Shown here piece after piece: positions 58,001-64,000 of a DNA stretch of 64,000 nt. Numbering within the stretch: the first letter of the stretch is position 1; each line of letters opens with the position of its first letter. Both the position numbers and the translations under genes were made by a program. Under the pieces are notes generated by a model. That model had not been told where the DNA came from, searched no databases, and saw only the letters and a list, made by a program, of their open reading frames with translations. The DNA is from Candidatus Latescibacterota bacterium (lineage in GTDB: Bacteria; Latescibacterota; UBA2968; UBA8231), in assembly GCA_965215195.1 (NCBI GenBank), contig CBDCDC010000002.1, forward strand, positions 384,001-448,000, written 5' to 3'.

Positions 58001-59610
58001 TCCAGCTTATAACGACTTGGATATCCCTCAACGGTACGGTAGAAACGTCCCTCTGCAACTGCCTGTAGATCGTAGTCGAAGACAGTTAGATCATCCCCAT
58101 GAGAACTACGAACTCGTGAAATGACCTTATCGGCATGCCTCCGAAGCTCCGCTACGAATTCCTCAAATGGCTGCGGAACAGGTGCATTCTGCTCGCTCAA
58201 TCGTATGTGTTCAAAGAGAAGGAGATTGACGCTGAGCTCTTCCAGTCCAGCGATATCGGCACCTGCCAGAAGTTCGAGTGCGATTCCCAAAAGACGTGGA
58301 TTGCGAAGGGAAGCAGCGACCTTCGGCTGAAGGTTTGTAGCTATGATCCCTCGGTCCGCGAGAACCTCGTCGCGTTCCTGTTCGGTCCATTTTGGAACTT
58401 CCACCTCTTTATCAGCGTGGGAAAGGCGCGGCCGAACTCGGTCTTGGTAGTATTGTGTCCGCACAGTCATGATCAGTTGGCCGCCTATCGGGTCCAACTC
58501 CGCGCTAAATTTTTCGGCAATTCGTGCCCAGTCCTTTTCCGGGCGCTGGTTCACGCCATCAATGAGGACTGCGAGACGAAGCCGTTCCGCCGGATGCTTC
58601 CGCCATCGTCTGAGTATTCTGTCCCATTTGTTCTTTATGACGCCGCTTGCGTAATCCCCAGCCTGTTCGATCAATGCCGAAATCAGCAATTCCTGCACGT
58701 CATTTTGTTCCGCCGTGTCAGCAAATGCATTCGGGTTCAGGACGACCATCAGTGGTTTCTCTTCGACAGAGAGCCACCCTTGGGCGACAAACCACGATTT
58801 GCCGCTTCCTTCGTCTCCAATGACATAGAGAACTTCTCGGCTCGGTTCGCCAGTCAGGAATGGGTGAATCGAGTCGAGAAGGTTATCGCGGGGGAGTACC
58901 GCCCCATTTGCCGCGTCCGAAGGTGCCAGCGGTTGGCCAAACCGCTCTTGCGCCAACTGTCTGCTAGAAAAGGCATCGGTTAGCCATTTGGCATTGGTCT
59001 GCCGCGCTGTAGCCATTCCGAGTGTCGGCTCGCGCAGGATCGCACGTATTCTCTCAGCGTGACCATTGAAGGATGGGTCGTTCTCCACATCCGAGAGTGC
59101 ATCTTCCATCTTTGTGAGCGGTTCCGGTGCTTCGATGTGATTGCGGAGAAAATCTTGGACTTTTGCAGATGCCATCGCTAGTGCGACAGCTAGAGGCGGC
59201 AAAGCGCTTTCGGACCAGTCAAGAATTAGGGTGGATATTGCCGAACCCTTGCCAAAATTAGACACTGCGTCAGCACTTTGACTAGGAATCTGCGATGTCG
59301 CACATAGTACCCAAAGGTCGGTATTGCTGCCTCCAATCAAGAGTTCACCGATTTTTGACATGATTTCCACCCTAGGCACTGGACCTTTGTAACGTTTACA
59401 CTCGAAACATATGCCGTCGTCTGCATAGGTAGATTTACCGTCAATTCCGAATTGTAAACTGCTGCCGGCTAGTCTAAACGGGACGCCGGCGATTTCGCTG
59501 AGCACGATCCTAATCAGACCCTCAAATCCATCATCACCTGTGGCACGAAGGTCGGTCAGGATTTTCTTTAGATCGTCGATGCAGGCCGAAATGTCTGTTC
59601 TCGTTTCCAT
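55030..59610 (-). CDS. Avs-like protein: N-terminal PD-(D/E)xK nuclease + STAND-type NTPase + long helical C-terminal region
   Basis: GFEGLI, QFGIDG, FECKRY; Walker A GDEGSGKS; Walker B VLIDGVNQ; LRNPRLL; lower GC than backbone. Confidence 0.75.
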   Translation of the reverse strand: METRTDISACIDDLKKILTDLRATGDDGFEGLIRIVLSEIAGVPFRLAGSSLQFGIDGKSTYADDGICFECKRYKGPVPRVEIMSKIGELLIGGSNTDLWVLCATSQIPSQSADAVSNFGKGSAISTLILDWSESALPPLAVALAMASAKVQDFLRNHIEAPEPLTKMEDALSDVENDPSFNGHAERIRAILREPTLGMATARQTNAKWLTDAFSSRQLAQERFGQPLAPSDAANGAVLPRDNLLDSIHPFLTGEPSREVLYVIGDEGSGKSWFVAQGWLSVEEKPLMVVLNPNAFADTAEQNDVQELLISALIEQAGDYASGVIKNKWDRILRRWRKHPAERLRLAVLIDGVNQRPEKDWARIAEKFSAELDPIGGQLIMTVRTQYYQDRVRPRLSHADKEVEVPKWTEQERDEVLADRGIIATNLQPKVAASLRNPRLLGIALELLAGADIAGLEELSVNLLLFEHIRLSEQNAPVPQPFEEFVAELRRHADKVISRVRSSHGDDLTVFDYDLQAVAEGRFYRTVEGYPSRYKLDEDGLILALGFAVIDRLYSASRTDRDLDEAVEEIIEPISALDKTANAVLAALTVTCLYSGDPKIATPLIRVFADLQNPDEDEFASFASLARICPALFTEAAHRLCLSGGHQSNFDWVQKALILAREDENAWKIIFKEIQTWLSCYSLAPERGLFPASFFFSSNEKKKKYKKKKREIRERLEVLSKAERKILSELTEADGALNSLSHFAFILLAGKPIAPAAQALVQWSFANALNTELMPPDREFRHLVQFNRVDWSDARVALLKEVDVLRQEEISDTGKWTLVNILQSTGNTEDAKQARILVEKLTEDHTYFPSWRRVENYCSTDPCDPTSEKPDNVKQTAQNYRDIDVKKLRLSRSTTSEDHFFAMARPGMARFEARVAIAKHREFAQDVVRRQGQLLYLGLFELLDHNALLTKENGLELLGSQESEETNENDLPEQGRWSISQYSLLLAFPFLSGREQIDALLSVSPECSILAVLMDIAKPLEERVFDNLLKSACQNGDEHTQFVLLGFAKETLTPISINSRKHIAYLSKAQSERVRVQALGIIAQLDDETLLAEVSCGDLQVSESKDYEVFYGSAILVQAAAYGIIEYSDALDRMSPDFYGRAAAAWSQRGRRDAVRGAALHVHASICCVTNLEVGITAPDIEMRIGYEERSGSLLSISDRPTDLADQWDRFAESNEEFIERQNRNQETYRAFRDRLTAQKAHIILDHLGRDGLGNFCSIVESNEDLANQWYDMFIGLDKGRLPVVHNLVLLLAHALGKRCPEKAAKLFRIVQDGHPLIRLTFGRAAVSLDAMAVWGGSDTEILNDLRFERLDRAANDYELSKEILVAHLKDKQNLLRQYIDAKLERKEPAEIARAIMVAGFSDNSEFNDDVLDRYQDADGFIGDAHKAARYAYDRNTWARYWFAQMCDANEADEFWRFSILFAKIVDGRYEFWRSEYEDRNEPMRLFWPSIRSRLRERFKKWENLRNKKLFGGDTPSRVFLFLRGS

Positions 59611-59633
59611 CTCTGGCGTCGCTCAGCGCGGAT

Positions 59634-60641
59634 TTAATCCCACCCCGTCTCAACCCCCAACTCGCGCCCACACGCCGCCAGCCTTTCCAAGTCGTCCAAG
59701 GCCATCGGCACCCCTTCGCGGGCGTATTCCTCGCTCTTGCGGTGCTCAACGGTGCCCGGCAGGGTTGCCTCGTCATAGCCGCGCACAGGTTCCATGGTCT
59801 CGCGGACGCCGCGCACGAGATTGTCAACGCCAGCGCGGAAGGCGTCGGGCGGGGCGAACGCGCCGATGTCCATGACGATGATCAGGCCGCCATTGCCCGC
59901 GCGGGGCCATCGCTGGGCAACGGCCCGGGCGCGGTCGCTGTTTTGGCCGACGAAGGCGCCGCCCAGCGTCAAGGCCGAGCCGGTGTAGCCCATTGACTTG
60001 AAGAACGCGGGCGGAATCAATTCCTGTAAGGCGTCGTATTCCGGGCCGCGGTGGTAGTCGGCGAGGATGCAGGTGGCTGCGTCGAGGACCAGCGGCGGCT
60101 CTTCTGCTGACGGGAAGCCAAAGCAGAGCGGCGGGTTGCCCCAGTAGGCGGACTGCTGGCCGCGGTTGCCGCCGCCCTCGCCGAAGTAATTGGGATGGTG
60201 CCCCTGAACCGAAAAGGCGCAGCATCCTTCCTGCATGGCGCGGCGCACGTAGTGCCCGGCCGAGCCGTAGTGCCCGAGGTGACAGGCCGCGCCGAGGGCA
60301 ACCTTGTATTGCTTGGCCTTCTCCACGGCCTTTTCAGTGGCCAGCATCATCGGCGCGTAGCCCAAGCCACCGTCGCCGTCAATGAGGACCGTGGTCTCGG
60401 TATCTTGGAGTACGCGCAGGTCTGGGTTGGGGTTGACGGTGCCGTCGCGCAGGTTGCCGCAATAGCCAACCATGGCGCGGGTGCCGTGCGAGCGCACGCC
60501 GCGCAGGTCGGAGTTGGACAACAGCTCGGCTAGCTGATCGGCGTGGTCGGCGCGCAGCCCGGCGGCCTTGAGGCAGTCGGCGGTAAAGGAGCGCAGCGCG
60601 GCAACGGGTACGCGCTTGAATTCTGCGGGGGGGCGGTTCAT
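59634..60641 (-). CDS. Ldh_2 family (malate/L-lactate/ureidoglycolate-type) dehydrogenase
   Basis: DLRGVRSHG, DGDGGLG, H.GHYG.AGHY, GNPPL, LD.AT, LPG..E. Confidence 0.88.
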   Translation of the reverse strand: MNRPPAEFKRVPVAALRSFTADCLKAAGLRADHADQLAELLSNSDLRGVRSHGTRAMVGYCGNLRDGTVNPNPDLRVLQDTETTVLIDGDGGLGYAPMMLATEKAVEKAKQYKVALGAACHLGHYGSAGHYVRRAMQEGCCAFSVQGHHPNYFGEGGGNRGQQSAYWGNPPLCFGFPSAEEPPLVLDAATCILADYHRGPEYDALQELIPPAFFKSMGYTGSALTLGGAFVGQNSDRARAVAQRWPRAGNGGLIIVMDIGAFAPPDAFRAGVDNLVRGVRETMEPVRGYDEATLPGTVEHRKSEEYAREGVPMALDDLERLAACGRELGVETGWD

Positions 60642-60695
60642 GGGGGTTCCTTGGGGTTAGGGTGCGTCCAGAAAGGCGTATAGTAACCACGTCCC

Positions 60696-61766
60696 TCAGG
60701 CGAGGGCCTCGCGGAGAAAGTCGTAGGCGCGGGCACCGCTGATCTGGTGCCGGCCCGAAAAAATGTCGGCTTCCACTTGGTGGCGGGCTGAGAAAAACTC
60801 GTACACTTGGTGCGCTTTGGTCAGGCTGGAGCGCACGGCGGCAAGGGGGAAGATGGGGTCGTGGGTGCCGGCTTCCACCAGCAATGGGCGCGGGGCGATG
60901 AGGCCGACTAGATCGTACATTTCGCCGAATTCGGCCAAGCCCGGCACGTAGTTGCACGGGCAGTGCGACATGGCGAGAATGCTGTGCTGGAAGGTCGAGT
61001 AGTACCCGCTGACCACGCAGGCGCGGATGCGCTCGTCAATGCAGGTGGAGAAGAACGTGTGCATGCCGCCGCCCGAAATGCCCATGGCACCGAGGCGATT
61101 GGTGTCGAACTCGGGGCGGGTTTCCAAGTAGTCAACCAAGCGCAGGCCGTCGCGCACGCGGATGCCGACCACCGAGGTGCCTAAGTGGAAGGCGAGCATG
61201 GCTGTATGAGTACAGGTCGAAGGCGCTCCCTGGCCGCGTTCCAGATAGGAGAAATCGGTCTGGCGCTCGCCAAAGCCCGAAATTTCTGGGGCGGCCACGG
61301 CAAAGCCAGCGCGGCACAGGGCCACGCCGAAGTCCTTGTGGTACCCGTCGGGTTCGTCGCGCTCGCCGCCGTCTTCCCACAAACCGACGATGTCCTTGAC
61401 GCCGTAGCCGTGACCGTGGAAAGCCACGACCGTGGGCAGGGGGCCGTTGGGGCCTTTGGGCAGCAGGATGTACACCGGCATCTGTGCGTGCGGGCCGGTG
61501 CGCAGGATTATTTTTTGCCGCGTGTAATCGCCTTTGTCGATTTCTTCTACTTTGCGCGGTGCCAAGTCCGTCGCGTCGCCTGCGGCTAGGCCCAGATGCT
61601 GGGCGAGGGCGCGTCGCGTCGTCGTTTGCCAGCGTCGCGCTTGGGCCGGACTTTCGGCCTTAAAGGCGCGGGGCGCGGCGGCCGGGTCGTACTGTTTCCA
61701 CAGCGCGGTCGCCGGTTGCAGTGGTTTTAAGGTGCGATTGTCGAGTATTTTGGAAGTCATGCTCAC
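60696..61766 (-). CDS. Alpha/beta hydrolase (dienelactone hydrolase-like)
   Basis: HGHG.G, GFGER, nucleophile GISGGG, HC.CNYVPG, LIAPRPL...G..D.IFP. Confidence 0.85.
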   Translation of the reverse strand: MSMTSKILDNRTLKPLQPATALWKQYDPAAAPRAFKAESPAQARRWQTTTRRALAQHLGLAAGDATDLAPRKVEEIDKGDYTRQKIILRTGPHAQMPVYILLPKGPNGPLPTVVAFHGHGYGVKDIVGLWEDGGERDEPDGYHKDFGVALCRAGFAVAAPEISGFGERQTDFSYLERGQGAPSTCTHTAMLAFHLGTSVVGIRVRDGLRLVDYLETRPEFDTNRLGAMGISGGGMHTFFSTCIDERIRACVVSGYYSTFQHSILAMSHCPCNYVPGLAEFGEMYDLVGLIAPRPLLVEAGTHDPIFPLAAVRSSLTKAHQVYEFFSARHQVEADIFSGRHQISGARAYDFLREALA

Positions 61767-62992
61767 TCACCACTCATCGCTAGTTCCCCAACGACCTGTA
61801 CCATCACTTGGTCGCCGGCCTCGACGCGCTGGTGGGGTTCGAGGACGACGAAGCTGTTGGCGTTGAGCATGGAGCTGATTATGTGCGAGCCTTGGCTGCG
61901 GGCCGGGCGCACCCAAAGCTGGCCATCTTGGTAGCGCAAGGTGGCGCGCATGTACTGGCGGCGGTCGCCGTCGTTGTCGCAGGGGCTTTCCACTCGGGCG
62001 TCCGCCTCGGGCAAAAACCACGCCGCTGGCGGATAGCCTGCGGCCTTGCGGATGGCTGGGCGCACGAACTGGAGAAAGGACATCATGCTCGATACTGGGT
62101 TGCCGGGCAGGCCGAAGTACGGTACGCCGCCGACCGTGCAAAAAACCAGCGGCTTGCCCGGTTTCATGGCTACGCGCCAGAAGATCGTCTCGGCCCCCAA
62201 GTCGTCGAGGACCTTTTTGACGAAGTCGTATTCGCCGACCGAGACGCCGCCCGAGGAGACGGCGAAATCAGCGCGGAGCGCGGCCTCAATGGTGGCGCGG
62301 ATTGCGGCTTCGTCGTCCGCTACTGTGGGCAGCATTGCGGGTTCGGCCCCGTGGGCGCGGCAGAAGGCGGCGAGGGCGCACGTATTGCTGTTGACAATCT
62401 GGCCTTCTGCGGGCGTCTCCTCGATCTCGACCAGCTCGTCGCCGGTGGAGAGGATGGCCACGCGCGGCCGGCGATACACCGAGACGAAGCTCTGCTGCAC
62501 GGCCGCGAGCACGGCCAACTCGCCGGGACCGCACTCGGTGCCAGCCTTGATGATCGGTGCGCCGCAGCGCATGTCCTCGCCGCGTCGGCGAATGTGTGCG
62601 CCGCGCTCTTCAACGGCGAGGATTTCGACCCCCTGCCCGGCCGGGCGGGTGTCCTCTACCGGGGCAATGGTGTCGGCTCCGGCCGGCACGGCCGCGCCCG
62701 TCATAATGCGGCTGGCTTGACCGGGACCGACCGCTTTTTGCGGCACCTTGCCGGCCGGTATGTCTTCAATGACCTCCAAGGCTACGGCCGCGCCGTCCCT
62801 CGCGGCCGCTACGTCCGCATGGCGCAGGGCATAGCCGTCCATGGCCGAGTTGTCGCAGGGCGGATTATCGCGGCGCACCAACACATCTTGGGCGAGCACG
62901 CGGCCGGCCGCGTCGAGCAGGGAGACGCGCTCGGGGCCGAGGACTTTCACGTGCTCGAGGACGATGTCACGCGCTTCTTCCGGGGTGAGCAT
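61763..62992 (-). CDS. moeA: Molybdopterin molybdotransferase MoeA
   Basis: SAMDGYA, RIMTGA.VP.GAD, LSTGDEL, SGGVSVG.YD, MKPGKP, GLPGNPVS. Confidence 0.96.
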   Translation of the reverse strand: MLTPEEARDIVLEHVKVLGPERVSLLDAAGRVLAQDVLVRRDNPPCDNSAMDGYALRHADVAAARDGAAVALEVIEDIPAGKVPQKAVGPGQASRIMTGAAVPAGADTIAPVEDTRPAGQGVEILAVEERGAHIRRRGEDMRCGAPIIKAGTECGPGELAVLAAVQQSFVSVYRRPRVAILSTGDELVEIEETPAEGQIVNSNTCALAAFCRAHGAEPAMLPTVADDEAAIRATIEAALRADFAVSSGGVSVGEYDFVKKVLDDLGAETIFWRVAMKPGKPLVFCTVGGVPYFGLPGNPVSSMMSFLQFVRPAIRKAAGYPPAAWFLPEADARVESPCDNDGDRRQYMRATLRYQDGQLWVRPARSQGSHIISSMLNANSFVVLEPHQRVEAGDQVMVQVVGELAMSGE

Positions 62993-63026
62993 CTGGTATC
63001 TATGGCTCCTTATTTATGTAGGCGAC

Positions 63027-63121
63027 CTTAGTACACAACGCTAAGGTTTCCGCCGGGTGCGCGGACAGCTTGCCCGCCAACAGGGGCTATGGTTTATCAA
63101 TTTATCAAGTCGGGTACTTAG
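63027..63121. mobile_element. MITE copy 2 (95 bp) in the moeA leader
   Basis: TIRs cttagtacacaac / gtcgggtacttag (12/13 and 11/13 to copy 1); 9-bp target duplication gtaggcgac at 63018-63026 and 63122-63130. Confidence 0.82.
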
Positions 63122-63258
63122 GTAGGCGACAGAAGATACGGCAAGACGACGGCTATACAAATCCCGCGGCTGGGCGGCAGCGAGCACCGTTAGAAAGGCC
63201 GCGTCGGGCGGGGTCATTCTACGTGCATTTGCGAACCGCCCCTGCGGACGAGGTGCGA

Positions 63259-64000
63259 TTAACGGGAACCTGTTGAAAGCAGCGATTTGATCCGTCCCCA
63301 CGACTGGGCTTCGACGCTCGTAGCAGCAGCGGAAGGGGCGACAGGTTGCCAAGCGGGAGAATATCCGCCCAAGCCGTTGGTCAATTCGACCAAGTTGCCC
63401 CCGTCTATATCAACGGCCCAAATGAGATCGGTGACAGAAGCGAAGGCGATTCTCATGCTGTTGGGTGCCCAAGTAGCGGAGCTTATCCAGGTGTCGTCGG
63501 ACACGCACACACCATCTTGGTCAGACCAAACGGTAGCAAACGGGGGTGTGGACTCGCGTACGCACAGATCACTCTGGTCTAGGTCCGGTAGAGGGATAAC
63601 CTTGATTCCACTGAGACGGCGGAGAAAAACCGCGGGATCGGCTCCACCGATAGGCCAACGAAAAACCGAGGACTCATCTTCCCTAGCATCGCTGATGTAG
63701 AGGCGGGCGCGATTCTCTTCGTCCCCTTTTTCCCGTAGCACGACGACTGCTTCTTTGGTCCCATCTGGAGAACGGTAGGGGTAGTAGGACACCTCTCTCC
63801 AGTCCACGGGCGAAGAGTCACTGCCGTCCAACGCCATAACAAACCTATCAGGGCCGTCCCTCAGATCGTCTGCCGTCAGCTCCTCAATAGCCCTATAAGC
63901 CCTAGAATAATAAATGCCACGCCCGTCTTCAGACCACAAAACGGATATTTTATCGACTGAATCGTCTGTTAGCTGCTGTGGATTGCCACCGTCGGCATCC
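63259..64000 (-). CDS. TolB/PD40-like beta-propeller protein with C-terminal TSVEAQSWGRIK motif (5' end outside window)
   Basis: Frame open to the window edge (DADGGNPQQLT); WSEDG, SPDG, WAPNS.RIAF, SPAWQP repeats. Confidence 0.8.
   Translation of the reverse strand, partial: DADGGNPQQLTDDSVDKISVLWSEDGRGIYYSRAYRAIEELTADDLRDGPDRFVMALDGSDSSPVDWREVSYYPYRSPDGTKEAVVVLREKGDEENRARLYISDAREDESSVFRWPIGGADPAVFLRRLSGIKVIPLPDLDQSDLCVRESTPPFATVWSDQDGVCVSDDTWISSATWAPNSMRIAFASVTDLIWAVDIDGGNLVELTNGLGGYSPAWQPVAPSAAATSVEAQSWGRIKSLLSTGSR

Noticed and set aside
53728-59610. AAA_14/DUF4143 ATPase and Avs-like gene as a two-gene system
   Set aside because: Convergent orientation and different composition; DUF4143 ATPases are common stand-alone genes.
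55004-59633. 11-bp imperfect inverted repeat (atccgcgttga / tcagcgcggat) flanking the Avs-like gene
   Set aside because: Too short in GC-rich DNA and no target duplication; likely chance.
4537-63031. Long antisense or alternative-frame ORFs (e.g. 4537..5793, 12720..13958, 40050..40943, 61808..63031)
   Set aside because: Shadow ORFs of GC-rich genes, with no recognisable motifs.
63001-63160. Moco riboswitch upstream of moeA
   Set aside because: The CCTAAG/GGAAAC-like words fall in a segment better explained as a MITE with terminal repeats and a 9-bp target duplication; I could not build the Moco fold.

Overview
GC-rich bacterial chromosome segment with no rRNA, tRNA, CRISPR array, integrase or transposase that I can see. 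Gene content (DUF6785-type membrane proteins, FlgD/CHU_C-tail secreted proteins, proteins ending in a T/S-W-G-x-I/L-K motif, many small TA modules) suggests a Latescibacterota/Poribacteria-like organism; this is inference only. The backbone encodes an Opp/Dpp-type ABC importer, sugar-type oxidoreductases, a GH116 glycosidase, an anaerobic sulfatase maturase and MoeA. It also holds a 17-kb cluster of paralogous secreted proteins: three with a FlgD-like tail, two ~930-950 aa putative outer-membrane proteins and a parvulin PPIase. Lower-GC accessory genes are interspersed: the C-terminus of a BfiI-like restriction enzyme, a coupled UvrD helicase + DarT-like ADP-ribosyltransferase + DraG/ARH hydrolase operon (best candidate for an undescribed defence system), an Avs-like nuclease-STAND protein and five type II TA modules, four with broken toxins. 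Reading the DNA directly also shows two MITEs sharing 13-bp terminal repeats with 9-bp target duplications, an unannotated coiled-coil pseudogene, and several accessory cassettes bracketed by duplicated ends of neighbouring genes. Family assignments come from motif recognition, not database searches.
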